Source: Actinomycetota bacterium (GTDB lineage Bacteria > Actinomycetota > Aquicultoria > UBA3085 > Oleimmundimicrobiaceae). From it: a stretch of 47,775 nucleotides of DNA. Position 1 is the stretch's first letter; each line of letters starts with the position of its first letter. The position numbers were made by a program, and so were the translations under genes. The DNA is taken from positions 1 through 47,775 of the forward strand of contig JBBIRY010000003.1 of assembly GCA_037441605.1 (NCBI GenBank), given 5' to 3'. Shown piece by piece: positions 19,510 to 29,307 of the stretch. A model generated the notes under the pieces. It made no database searches, was not told where the DNA came from, and saw nothing but the letters and a program-made list of their open reading frames with translations.

Positions 19510-20853
19510 TTAATTCGCTAATGAGATGAGGCTTGCGATGAACATCCCGTCCATCCCTTTCTCATCGGGGCATATTTGGATCGTGGAATCATGGGCAAAA
19601 CCGTTGAGATCGTCTCTCTTAGAAAGATCTTCGAGGCGAAAGTTTGGGTGATCCTTCAGGAAGGCGGCAACAACGTCCAAGGTCTCTTTCTTAGAGATGG
19701 TGCAGACAGAATATACCATCCGTCCGCCGGGTTTTAGAACCTTAGAAAGCGAGGCGAGGAGATCGCGCTGAACTTTTGCCAGCATTTCAATATCATCTTT
19801 CTTTCTCTTCCACTTTACATCCGGCCGCCGGGCAAGAACTCCAAGCGATGAACAAGGAGCATCGACCAGAATCTTATCAAATTTTCCCAAGCTGGCCGGC
19901 AGACCCGCCGCATCAAGATTGTCTATTTTGACATTCTTTATTCCAAGACGCTTAAGTCTCGCTTTTAGTTCGCTCAATCTGGTCCGGCTTGTGTCTATGG
20001 CAACTATTTCGGCTTGATCTCTTGAAAGCTCGGCGATGTGAGTCGTTTTTCCGCCTTGGCCGGCACATGCATCCAGGATGGCCTCGCGCGGCTTTGGTGA
20101 AAGAACATGGGATACGAGCATAGAGCTTTCGTCTTGAATCGAAAAGAGGCCGCTGTCGTAGTCCTTTAGAGAGGTTGGGTTAATCCCCTTCTCTATGGCT
20201 ATCCCCTCATCGAAAGAAACGCTCGGCAAAGCCTCGATACCGAGCGCGCTTAGCCTTCTGAGGAGTTCATCTCGATTTATCTTTAAAGGGTTTACCCTGA
20301 GCTTTATCTTCGGGCGCAGATTGTCATAATGCAAGATTGATTCTGTGATTTGAGGTCCAAGCTCTTTGAGCCACATCTTGACTAGCCATTTCGGGTGAGA
20401 AGTTTTAATCGCAAGATGAGAGATCGGATCCAACTCAATCGGAGGAGGCGCAAGCGAACCTTTACCCCTATCGAGTGCGCGTAAAATAGCATTTACCAAA
20501 GATGAGATCCCTTTATGAAAGTGCTCCTTGGTCAGCTCGACGCTCTGATCTATGGCGGCGAAGGTTGGAACTTTGTCAAGAAAGATGAGCTGGTAGGCTC
20601 CAAGACGTAAGATGTCGATCACTTTATCGTCTAAGGAAGATGGGTCCCGATTGGAGAATCTGCTTAATGCATAATCGAGATAGCCCCGCCAGCGCAAAAC
20701 GCCATAGACGAGTTCGCTTACGAGGTTTTTATCGATTTGTGAAAGACCGTCATATGGAAGCTCTTCATTCAAGACTTGATTTGGAAAAGCCTTCTTTCTT
20801 TGAATTCTATCCAAGGCCTCTAGGGCGAGGCGTCTTGTCAAGGTTGCCTTCAA
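19510..20853 (-). CDS. rsmB: 16S rRNA m5C967 methyltransferase
   Basis: NusB-like N-terminus, QDESS, DACAGQGGKT, DAPCS, YSVCT. Confidence 0.95.
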   Translation of the reverse strand: MKATLTRRLALEALDRIQRKKAFPNQVLNEELPYDGLSQIDKNLVSELVYGVLRWRGYLDYALSRFSNRDPSSLDDKVIDILRLGAYQLIFLDKVPTFAAIDQSVELTKEHFHKGISSLVNAILRALDRGKGSLAPPPIELDPISHLAIKTSHPKWLVKMWLKELGPQITESILHYDNLRPKIKLRVNPLKINRDELLRRLSALGIEALPSVSFDEGIAIEKGINPTSLKDYDSGLFSIQDESSMLVSHVLSPKPREAILDACAGQGGKTTHIAELSRDQAEIVAIDTSRTRLSELKARLKRLGIKNVKIDNLDAAGLPASLGKFDKILVDAPCSSLGVLARRPDVKWKRKKDDIEMLAKVQRDLLASLSKVLKPGGRMVYSVCTISKKETLDVVAAFLKDHPNFRLEDLSKRDDLNGFAHDSTIQICPDEKGMDGMFIASLISLAN

Positions 20854-21788
20854 GAGAACATCTCGCCATCGATAAGGTTGTGACCGTTCATGAAGTCGAA
20901 AAAGTTCACTTTCAACTTTCCTTCCAATTGAACCTCCAGCGGCACTACCGACCCCTTTCCGCAGGTTATCATCGAGGCCTTCGTCGTAGGATCAAAGAAG
21001 AACCTTCCGGGCGGTCCGCAAATAGCTTGCGACCCATCTTTTGCGCGCCAAATCTTAAGGCGCTTATCCCTAAAGATCGCGAAGGCTCCCGGTGAAGGAT
21101 TCAGTCCGTGAATTAAATTTACGATCGCCTTTGAGTTTAAGGACCAATCGATTTTGGATTCCTCCTTGCCAATCTTCGGAGCATAGGTAGCTTTAGAATC
21201 ATTTTGGATGGTTGGAGTGATGCCGCCGTTTGCAAGCCCTTCAATCGCCTCGATCAAAAGATCGGCTCCCAGCTTCGAAAGGCGCACGCTTAACTCGCCG
21301 GCCGTTTCGCCTAAAACTATATCAATCTCTTTTTTAAGGAGGACCATGCCGGTGTCGAGGCCCTCATCCATAAGCATCATCGTAACGCCGGTCTTCCTTT
21401 CGCCCTCGATTATGGCCCTTTGAATCGGGGCCGCTCCCCGATATTTCGGCAGCAATGAGGCGTGCAGATTTATGCAGCCGTAAGGGGCCGCGTCAAGAAG
21501 CCATCTTGGGATGATCTTTCCAAAAGCTACCACCACGATCAGGTCTGCACCTTTTGAAAGAAAACTATCCTTAAACCCCGGATCGCTCAAAGAGTAGGGT
21601 TGAAGGAGATCAATATCTGATGCTAATGCAAACTCCTTGACGGGCGAAGGCAGTGGTTTTGAGCTTCTGCCCTTTGGAGCGTCGGGGTTGGTAACTATTA
21701 GGACCAGCTCATGTTTTGAAGAGGACAGAGCCTCAAGCGGAGCGATGGCAAACTTAGGCGTACCCATAAAGGCTATCTTCATTTTCAC
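20850..21788 (-). CDS. fmt: Methionyl-tRNA formyltransferase
   Basis: FMGTP, NLHASLLPKYRGAAPIQ, GLDTG. Confidence 0.97.
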   Translation of the reverse strand: MKMKIAFMGTPKFAIAPLEALSSSKHELVLIVTNPDAPKGRSSKPLPSPVKEFALASDIDLLQPYSLSDPGFKDSFLSKGADLIVVVAFGKIIPRWLLDAAPYGCINLHASLLPKYRGAAPIQRAIIEGERKTGVTMMLMDEGLDTGMVLLKKEIDIVLGETAGELSVRLSKLGADLLIEAIEGLANGGITPTIQNDSKATYAPKIGKEESKIDWSLNSKAIVNLIHGLNPSPGAFAIFRDKRLKIWRAKDGSQAICGPPGRFFFDPTTKASMITCGKGSVVPLEVQLEGKLKVNFFDFMNGHNLIDGEMFS

Positions 21789-21790
21789 GC

Positions 21791-22282
21791 CTACCCCTTG
21801 GAAGGGTTGCCATTTAGCTCTTGCAGGGCCCTCTTTCGATTTTCTCGATCCGTTTTGGTGAGAATGACCGTGCCATCAAGATGATCCATTTCATGCTGAA
21901 AGACCCTAGCCAAAAGATCTTTAGCTACAATCTTTACCGGTTTACCTTCCCGGTCCAGTGCCTTTATGGTGACCTGCTTTGCCCGCTTGATAGGAACCGT
22001 AATTCCAGGCACGCTTAAACAGCCCTCTTCATCCTCTTCTTCGCCCTTTAGCTTGGAAATGACAGGATTGATAAATACGTTTGGTCCCTCCCCGATATCA
22101 CAAACGAAGATTCTGGCCAGAGAGCCGATCTGATTTGCGGCAAGCCCGATGCCGGGAGCCCCATACATCGTCTCGAGCATATCTTCGATGAGTTTTTGTA
22201 CTTTCTCATCTATCTCTTCTATTTCACAGGCCCTCTCGGTTAAGATTGGGTCGCCATATTCCCTTACCTTTTTTACGGACAT
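21791..22282 (-). CDS. def: Peptide deformylase
   Basis: GIGLAANQIG, EGCLS, QHEMDHL; start moved to ATG 22282. Confidence 0.97.
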   Translation of the reverse strand: MSVKKVREYGDPILTERACEIEEIDEKVQKLIEDMLETMYGAPGIGLAANQIGSLARIFVCDIGEGPNVFINPVISKLKGEEEDEEGCLSVPGITVPIKRAKQVTIKALDREGKPVKIVAKDLLARVFQHEMDHLDGTVILTKTDRENRKRALQELNGNPSKG

Positions 22283-22298
22283 ATCTTTAAGCCTTTCC

Positions 22299-24722
22299 TT
22301 AAAGCATCCAAAGCGGATCAACGTCTATCGTCATTTTAACATCAGCAGACAAGCCTTTGGGTTCGAAGTCGAGTTTTGCTTCTCTTAGCATCGAAAGGGT
22401 CGATTCCAGCTTTGCGGTCTTTATGATCAAGTGCCAGCGATGCTGGCCGCTAAGTCTACTTATCGGTGACGGTGTTGGGCCTAAGACCTCAAAGTCTGTG
22501 CCTTCTTGACGTTTTCCGCCAAGCCAATCATAAACCATTTTTGCGGCCAAGGTTGCTGATTCCTCTCTCTTGCTTGTGAAAACTATGTTTATAAGCTCGC
22601 TAAAGGGTGGGAACTTAAGTTCCTTTCTGGCGATAATCTCACTCTCATAAAAGCTATCGTAGTCATTTCTTTGCGCCGCAAGGATTGCCGATGAGGCTGG
22701 GGAGTGGGTCTGTATGATGACCCGGCTCAAAAAATCTCCCCTTCCGGCTCGGCCGCTTATCTGCATCAAAAGCTGAAAGGTTCTCTCCTCTGAGCGAAAA
22801 TCCGGAAGATGGAGGGAGGTATCAGAATTGATTACTCCAACCAGGCCAACGTCGGGAAAATCCAGCCCTTTTGCTATCATTTGAGTTCCAATTAAGATGG
22901 CCGATTTTGACTCTTTGAAGGCAATCAAACTCTCTCTGTGAGCACCCTTGGCCTTGGTCGTATCCTTATCCATTCGAATTATCGCTGAATTTGGAAACAA
23001 CTTTCTGAGTTCAACCTCAACTCGCTCGGTTCCCATAGAATAAAAACCGATCCGGCTCCCCTGGCAGCTCGGGCAGCCTCCTTTGGGACGGCTTGAAAAC
23101 CCGCAATGGTGGCATTCCAGCCGTTTGGTCTTCAAGTGATAGACCATTGAGACGTCGCAATGGGCGCATTTATAGACATACCCGCAGTCTTTGCAGATGA
23201 TATAACCAAAATAGCCTCGGCGATTGAGGAAAAGGATGACCTTTCTCTCGTCTCTTAAGGCTGCCTTGATGGCCTCTTTAAGAGATCCGCTTAACGGCGC
23301 ATCCTCCCCTTTCATATCAACGATTTCGATTACGGGGTTAGGTGAGTCCATGACCCTCTTTGGAAGCTTAAGAAGCTCATAGCGGCCGCTTTCTGCGGCG
23401 AATCTGGTCTCTAAAGACGGCGTTGCGCTGCCCAAGATAAGGATAGCGCCCTCTATTTCGGCCCGCCTTTTAGCCGCAAAAAGCGCGTGATAGCGCGGGC
23501 TGACATTCTGCTTATAAGCCGACTCATGTTCTTCATCTAAAATTATTAAGCCAAGGTCGTTAAGCGGGGCAAAAATCGCCGATCTCGCCCCAAGAACAAC
23601 TTTTAGTCTGCCTGTTTTAATCATCTCCCACTGGTTAAAGCGTTCGGCCGGACTGAGTGCGCTATGGAGTATGGCAAGGTTGCCTTCAAAACGCTGGTTA
23701 AACCGGTGGGCGATCTGAGGGGTCAAACTTATTTCGGGAACCAGGATTAGTACGCTTTTACCGAGCCTTAGCGCACGCTCGGCTGCCCGTAAGTAGATCT
23801 CCGTCTTGCCGCTGGCCGTAACCCCATATAGCAGTTTAGTCTTGTGCTCCCCCTCATCCAGCGCTTGTTCAATCGATTTTAGTGCTGCATCTTGGTCCAA
23901 GTTCAGATCGAAATCGCCCCTAAACTCTTCCGGAAAAAAATGATCGAGGATGAGAGGGACTTCTTCCCGCTCCAACCTTATGAGGCCCTTCTTGCATAGC
24001 GAATTCAGTGAGGCCCTCGAGGCGCCGGTCTTTTTGATGAGATCCACGGCGGGAAGCCTCTTTTCGTTTAGGATGACCTTAAGGATTTCAGACTGCTTTT
24101 TGGCCGATTTGAGCGAGCGCTTCAAATCCTCTCTTATCCGATCCGCGCTTACGTTTTGGTAAGCGAATTCGACCGTTTTAACCGGGCCATTGCGTTTTTC
24201 GATTCTTCGAATCTCTTTTAAAAACCCCTTTTTTTTGAGGGTCGAGATCATCTTGGAATCGATCTCTTTTAATAGTTTTTGGGTGATCATGCCATCACGG
24301 GTTGGCCCCGCTTTTAAAAGTTCTGCCGCTTTTAATTCTCGCTCCGTAAGTTCTTCTAAATTAAAGTCGAGATTTACCTTAAGTTTGGCTCTGACCGCCA
24401 CCCTCTGGCCGGGAGGCAAGGCCAAGCGAATCGTGTCGGTTAAAGGGGCCAGATACCTTTTGGAAATCGACTGGCAAAGTTCAAGCATCTTTTCATCGAA
24501 GGCTCTATCTTGGCTTATAATTTCCTTGATCTCTAAAAGCTCAATCCCCTCTCTTTTCTTTGACCCAAGACCCACCACAACACCTATCTCATCTTTTCGG
24601 TTGAAGGGAACCAGAACGATCGATCCGATTTGTATCTCTTGGTCCAATGGGAACTTAACCTTGTAGTCAAAGGGCCTGTCAAGGGATAATGTTGAAATAT
24701 CGATGATTACCTGGGCTATCAA
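22299..24722 (-). CDS. priA: Primosomal protein N'
   Basis: GVTASGKT, DEEH, SATPS, four CxxC, GTQMIAKGLDFP. Confidence 0.97.
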   Translation of the reverse strand: MIAQVIIDISTLSLDRPFDYKVKFPLDQEIQIGSIVLVPFNRKDEIGVVVGLGSKKREGIELLEIKEIISQDRAFDEKMLELCQSISKRYLAPLTDTIRLALPPGQRVAVRAKLKVNLDFNLEELTERELKAAELLKAGPTRDGMITQKLLKEIDSKMISTLKKKGFLKEIRRIEKRNGPVKTVEFAYQNVSADRIREDLKRSLKSAKKQSEILKVILNEKRLPAVDLIKKTGASRASLNSLCKKGLIRLEREEVPLILDHFFPEEFRGDFDLNLDQDAALKSIEQALDEGEHKTKLLYGVTASGKTEIYLRAAERALRLGKSVLILVPEISLTPQIAHRFNQRFEGNLAILHSALSPAERFNQWEMIKTGRLKVVLGARSAIFAPLNDLGLIILDEEHESAYKQNVSPRYHALFAAKRRAEIEGAILILGSATPSLETRFAAESGRYELLKLPKRVMDSPNPVIEIVDMKGEDAPLSGSLKEAIKAALRDERKVILFLNRRGYFGYIICKDCGYVYKCAHCDVSMVYHLKTKRLECHHCGFSSRPKGGCPSCQGSRIGFYSMGTERVEVELRKLFPNSAIIRMDKDTTKAKGAHRESLIAFKESKSAILIGTQMIAKGLDFPDVGLVGVINSDTSLHLPDFRSEERTFQLLMQISGRAGRGDFLSRVIIQTHSPASSAILAAQRNDYDSFYESEIIARKELKFPPFSELINIVFTSKREESATLAAKMVYDWLGGKRQEGTDFEVLGPTPSPISRLSGQHRWHLIIKTAKLESTLSMLREAKLDFEPKGLSADVKMTIDVDPLWML

Positions 24723-24847
24723 TCATGACCTCTTTGAGATGAGGGGTGTGCTCTCTTTACGCCTTACCCCCAAATGATACCACCTATGCTATAATCTTTG
24801 CCAAGTGCTCAAATAGTTTTGCCCATGATAATATGAATTCCATTTTT

Positions 24848-25720
24848 ATGATTTCAACTAAAACAAAAAACCTAAAACACCTTTCGCTCGCTTTGATCTC
24901 CGTGCTGCTCTTATCTGCTTTTCAGAGCATTGTTTTGGCAGCGCCCCAGGTAGATCAAGACTCCCTCAATAGATCCAGGGTTGATCTGGCCGAAGCTCTT
25001 CATAGCTTAAAGCACGCTAACGAAGATCTGAATTATTATCAGTCTAAGGTGAATGCCAGCAAGGCACGCTTAAAAAAAGCCGACAAGAGGCTTGGTAAAG
25101 CCACCAGAGATCTTGATGCAAGGGTTGTTGAGCTCTATAAGCAAGATATCTTTTTGCCCATCTTCTTCCTCTTTAACAGCGAAGACATCCACGACTTCAC
25201 CTATTACCTCTACACCTTAGAGAAAGGGTCGAAGAATGATGCCAAGATAATTTCAAACCTTCAGTCTATCCAGACCGAGATGGAAAAAGAAGTGGCGGCC
25301 CTCGAAGATGCTTTAAGAAACCAAACGATGATAGTCTCAAGGGCCAATGAGACTAAGCGCTCGATTGAGCGGGTAATCACGGAAAAAGAGAGAGCGCTTT
25401 TGCCAGTCGTCAAAAACCCAAATGCTAACTCCACAATACCGGTTACAGGAAGCGTATTTGAGAAGGGTTGGGCAAGTTGGTATGACCTGATAAGCGGAGA
25501 TACCGCCGCCCACAAGACCTTGCCTAAGGGGACTTATGTCCTTGTAACCAACCTTGTCAACGGCAAGCAAGTTATCGTCAAAATAATCGACCGAGGTCCA
25601 TACGTTAAGGGCCGAGTAATAGATCTCTCCAAAACCTCCTTTGCCAAGATTTTTCCGCCTAGCCGCGGCCTCTGTTATGTCAGCTTAGAAAATCTGGGCA
25701 AAGATGGAACTAAGAGATGA
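24848..25720 (+). CDS. Secreted coiled-coil protein with C-terminal RlpA-like DPBB domain; start uncertain (24833 or 24848)
   Basis: Signal peptide, PcsB-like coiled coil, ASWY..TAAHKTLPKGT..DRGPY..RVIDLS; TGcTATAAT at 24787-24795. Confidence 0.82.
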   Translation: MISTKTKNLKHLSLALISVLLLSAFQSIVLAAPQVDQDSLNRSRVDLAEALHSLKHANEDLNYYQSKVNASKARLKKADKRLGKATRDLDARVVELYKQDIFLPIFFLFNSEDIHDFTYYLYTLEKGSKNDAKIISNLQSIQTEMEKEVAALEDALRNQTMIVSRANETKRSIERVITEKERALLPVVKNPNANSTIPVTGSVFEKGWASWYDLISGDTAAHKTLPKGTYVLVTNLVNGKQVIVKIIDRGPYVKGRVIDLSKTSFAKIFPPSRGLCYVSLENLGKDGTKR

Positions 25721-27030
25721 GAGAGGTAGATGCCCTCCTTCTAGCCGGTAATATCGCAACGATGGATCCCTTCTTTACGACACTAAAGAATTGGGCCATC
25801 GCCATAAATGATGGCAGAATCCTTGACCTCGGCGAAGAAGATCTCCTTCTCTCCTCCTTTAAGCCAAAACGTTTGATTAAGGCCAAAAACGCGATAGCCA
25901 TGCCCGGCCTCATAAATACCCACACTCACGCCGCAATGGTCCTTTTGAGGGGACTTGCCGACGACCTTCCCTTAAAGGAGTGGCTCGAAGGTCATATCTG
26001 GCCCGCTGAATCCAAGTTTGTCGGCCCCGATTTCGTAAAAGTGGGCATGAATCTTGCCCTATATGAGATGGTCAAAAGCGGCACCACCCTCTTTTGTGAT
26101 ATGTATTTTATGCCAGAGGAAACTTTGCCCAATATAGAGGAGTTTAAGCTTCGAGCAGTAGTCGGGGTTCCCATACTTGACGTTCCGACTCCGGTCAGCA
26201 AGTCTCCAAAGGTAAGCTTTGAGCGGACCTTGGCACTAATCGATCTTTTGAAAGACTCCGATCTGATCGACGTTGCCGTCTCCCCTCATTCCCCATATAC
26301 CTGTTCTCAAGGAGTCTTAATCGAGGCGGCCGAGCTTGCCAAGGCTCAGAAGAAACCGCTGCAGATCCATCTTTCTGAAGAAAAGTGGGAGAGCGAAAAG
26401 ATCTTCTCGGAGCGGAAAATGAGTCCGGTCGCTTACTTAGATGGCCTTGGTCTCTTTCAAAACCGGACCATAGCCGCCCATGTCAATTGGCTCTTCGATG
26501 GCGATATTGAGATCTTAAAGGAGAGAGGGGTCGGTGTCGCCCATAACCCTCAAAGCAATATGAAGCTTGCCACCGGGATATCCCCTGTTCCCGATCTCCT
26601 TAAAGCCGGGATCAAGGTCGGTCTTGGAACCGACGGCGCGGCCAGCAACAACGATCTGGATATCTTTGGCGAGATGGATGCGGCAGCACGGCTCCATAAG
26701 ATATCACGCAAGGATCCAACCGCCGTTTCGGCAAAGGAGGCGGCAAGGATGGCGACTCTCGGCGGGGCCGAGGTTTTGGGCCTACAAGATGAGGTCGGCT
26801 CTTTGGAGGCGGGCAAGAGCGCAGACATCATACTCGTAGACACCGATAGCCCTCATATGCAGCCTCTATACGATATACACTCTCAACTCGTCTATGCTGC
26901 CAAAGGCTCCGACGTCATGACGGTTATGGTCAAAGGCGAGGTAATTTACGACAAAGGCGAACTCTTGACGGTCGATGGGGAGCGGATAATCGCTAGGGCC
27001 AAAGAGTTTGCCAAACGGATCAAGCCTTAG
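25717..27030 (+). CDS. mtaD: 5'-methylthioadenosine/S-adenosylhomocysteine deaminase (amidohydrolase)
   Basis: PGLINTHTH, PHSPY, HLSE, SNMKLA, GTDGAASNN; next to a nucleoside phosphorylase and metK. Confidence 0.85.
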   Translation: MREVDALLLAGNIATMDPFFTTLKNWAIAINDGRILDLGEEDLLLSSFKPKRLIKAKNAIAMPGLINTHTHAAMVLLRGLADDLPLKEWLEGHIWPAESKFVGPDFVKVGMNLALYEMVKSGTTLFCDMYFMPEETLPNIEEFKLRAVVGVPILDVPTPVSKSPKVSFERTLALIDLLKDSDLIDVAVSPHSPYTCSQGVLIEAAELAKAQKKPLQIHLSEEKWESEKIFSERKMSPVAYLDGLGLFQNRTIAAHVNWLFDGDIEILKERGVGVAHNPQSNMKLATGISPVPDLLKAGIKVGLGTDGAASNNDLDIFGEMDAAARLHKISRKDPTAVSAKEAARMATLGGAEVLGLQDEVGSLEAGKSADIILVDTDSPHMQPLYDIHSQLVYAAKGSDVMTVMVKGEVIYDKGELLTVDGERIIARAKEFAKRIKP

Positions 27031-27808
27031 TCATCTCCGTGCCTCTCATAGCCTCTCGGCACCCGCAAGGCCCTCTCTCATCCAAGCTTGAGATAGCTTC
27101 TAGAAAGTAATCCACAAGGCGGTCCATTGCGCCCGCCATGACACCCAATATCTCTTTGGACGAGATGGTTTGGTCAGAGATGCCCGCCGCCATATTGGTC
27201 ACAACGGCAACGGTCGCGTAACATATCTCGGCTTCCCTGGCCAGGGCGACTTCGGGATAGCCCGTCATGCCGACCAAATCTGCGCCAAGAATCTTAAAGG
27301 AGTTGATTTCAGCCATCGTCTCAAGGCGGGGTCCCTCTGTGCAGACATAGGTTCCTTTTGGGGAAAGGTCTATGCCGCCGCTTTTGGCCGTTTTAATCAT
27401 GTGCGACCTAAGCGAGGGACAATAAGGATGAGTCATATCAACATGGGCCACATTGCCTTCGGCAAAGAAGGTGGAGGGACGAGACTTGGTGAAATCCATG
27501 AACTGATCTAAGAGAACGAGATCGCCCACTTCAAGCTTTTCGCTTAAACCGCCGCTTGCGGCACTGGCAAGTATTGAATCGACTCCAAGCAACTTCAAGG
27601 CCATAATGTTTGCGCGATAGTTGATAAGATGCGGCGGCGAGCTATGATTCTTCCCATGACGAGCGATGAAGACCACTTCTCGTTTGCCATGAAGCCCTTG
27701 GGTATAATCGACTCGTCCATAAGGGGTATCTATCGAGCCTTCTTGAAGCGAACTTAAACCCTTCACCCCATAAAAACCGCTTCCCCCGATGACGGCGCAT
27801 TTAATCAT
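27020..27808 (-). CDS. MTAP-family phosphorylase, probably S-methyl-5'-thioinosine phosphorylase
   Basis: IGGSG, TPYG, RHG, NYRAN, EGPRLET.AE, VGMT, TNMAAG. Confidence 0.88.
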   Translation of the reverse strand: MIKCAVIGGSGFYGVKGLSSLQEGSIDTPYGRVDYTQGLHGKREVVFIARHGKNHSSPPHLINYRANIMALKLLGVDSILASAASGGLSEKLEVGDLVLLDQFMDFTKSRPSTFFAEGNVAHVDMTHPYCPSLRSHMIKTAKSGGIDLSPKGTYVCTEGPRLETMAEINSFKILGADLVGMTGYPEVALAREAEICYATVAVVTNMAAGISDQTISSKEILGVMAGAMDRLVDYFLEAISSLDERGPCGCREAMRGTEMTKA

Positions 27809-27839
27809 TTGCCCCTCCGCAAATTAAAGAGTTCAAAAC

Positions 27840-29042
27840 CTAAAATCCGGCTTCCCTTTTGATCGATTCCACCATATCTACCTTCTCCCAGGTAAAATCG
27901 GCCTCTTCCCTGCCGAAATGACCGTATGAGGCGGTCTTTTGGTAGATTGGCCTGCGAAGATCAAGTTTTTCGATGATTGCCGAGGGCCTAAGATCAAAAC
28001 AGGTTTCGGCTATAGCCTCGATCTTATTTGGGTCTATCTTTTCTGTGCCGAAGCAATCAACCATTATCGAGACGGGAGAAGCAACCCCGATGGCATAGGC
28101 AATCTGTATCTCACAGCGATCGGCAAGACCGGCGGCAACGATGTTTTTAGCAACGTATCTCGCGGCATAATGGCCGGAGCGGTCGACTTTGGTCGGGTCT
28201 TTTCCGGAAAAACAGCCTCCACCGGTTCTGGCTGCGCCGCCGTAGGTGTCGACGATGATCTTTCTGCCCGTAAGGCCGGTATCGGCAAGCGGGCCGCCTC
28301 TTACGAACTTGCCGGTTGGATTCACGAGGATCTTAACAGTCTTGTAATCGATTAACTCGTGGGGGATTACCCCTTTGATGACGTGCTCGATGAGATCGGG
28401 CTTCATCGTCTTTTCGATATCTATCTCTTCTTTATGTTGGGCCGAGATGACTATGGTATCCACCCTGACCGGTTTGTCATCTTCGTACTCGAGCGTGACT
28501 TGGGTCTTACCATCTGGGCGAAGGTAGCCCAGCGTCTTATCCTTGCGAACGGCTGCAAGCCTTCTTGCCAAACCGTGGGCCAACATTATCGGCATCGGCA
28601 TGAGCTCTTTGGTCTCGGTGCAGGCATAGCCGACCATCATGCCTTGATCCCCCGCCCCCATCAGAGCATGCACATCATCTTGTTCGCCTATGGATAGACC
28701 TCGATAAGCGCGGTCGACCCCTTGGGCGATATCGGGCGATTGTGGGTCGATCGAGGTCAACACGCCGCAAGTATCGCCATCAAAACCATATTTAGCTCGA
28801 GTATAGCCTATCTGCTTGATCGTCTTTCTGACTATATCGGGAATCTCAACGTAGGTGTGGGTTGTAATCTCGCCGCCGATGATGGCAAGCCCGGTGACAA
28901 GGAATACCTCACAAGCTACCCTGGCCATCGGATCGGTCGCAATCATTGCGTCCAGTATCGCATCGGAAATCTGGTCGGCAACCTTATCTGGGTGACCCTC
29001 GGTAACTGATTCGGACGTAAAAAGTCTCCTCATTTTAGCCAA
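27840..29042 (-). CDS. metK: S-adenosylmethionine synthetase
   Basis: [44 protein letters not shown]. Confidence 0.98.
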   Translation of the reverse strand: MAKMRRLFTSESVTEGHPDKVADQISDAILDAMIATDPMARVACEVFLVTGLAIIGGEITTHTYVEIPDIVRKTIKQIGYTRAKYGFDGDTCGVLTSIDPQSPDIAQGVDRAYRGLSIGEQDDVHALMGAGDQGMMVGYACTETKELMPMPIMLAHGLARRLAAVRKDKTLGYLRPDGKTQVTLEYEDDKPVRVDTIVISAQHKEEIDIEKTMKPDLIEHVIKGVIPHELIDYKTVKILVNPTGKFVRGGPLADTGLTGRKIIVDTYGGAARTGGGCFSGKDPTKVDRSGHYAARYVAKNIVAAGLADRCEIQIAYAIGVASPVSIMVDCFGTEKIDPNKIEAIAETCFDLRPSAIIEKLDLRRPIYQKTASYGHFGREEADFTWEKVDMVESIKREAGF

Positions 29043-29153
29043 TTCTTTTCCTTTCAGTGTATATAGTTTTTTAAAGCAATTCCTTAAGCATTAACCGGCA
29101 TTAGTCGGGTTCAAACTTACCCCAACCGGCTGAATTGAGCTTAAAGGAGAGAT

Positions 29154-29293
29154 CTAAAAAAATGCTGGAGCCAAGGAGAGTGAATCCTTAGCGTGCGCGC
29201 GCAGGCTCAAGACGGCTTTGGTATGACAGATTTAGTCTTCTCTCTGCTATAGTCTTGCCAAAGATTTTCAACCAGTAGATTTTTATCGTCCAA
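29154..29293 (-). pseudogene. FliA/WhiG (sigma-28 family) relic with large internal deletion and frameshift
   Basis: TTG 29293 after AGGGG gives MDDKNLLVENLWQDYSREKTKS; another frame from 29225 gives HTKAVLSLRAHAKDSLSLAPAFF* (TAG 29154), resembling the family N- and C-termini. Confidence 0.78.
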
Positions 29294-29307
29294 ATGAGCC
29301 CCTAAGA

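Noticed and set aside
29184-29203. TGCGCGCGCA palindrome as a binding site
   Set aside because: It falls within the L-R-A-H codons of the sigma relic and occurs once
29043-29307. Known-class SAM riboswitch upstream of metK
   Set aside because: I could not find SAM-I core motifs (AUC-AGAG, GCAACC, GUGC) or convincing SAM-II/III/IV/VI cores; most of the region is explained by the sigma-28 relic
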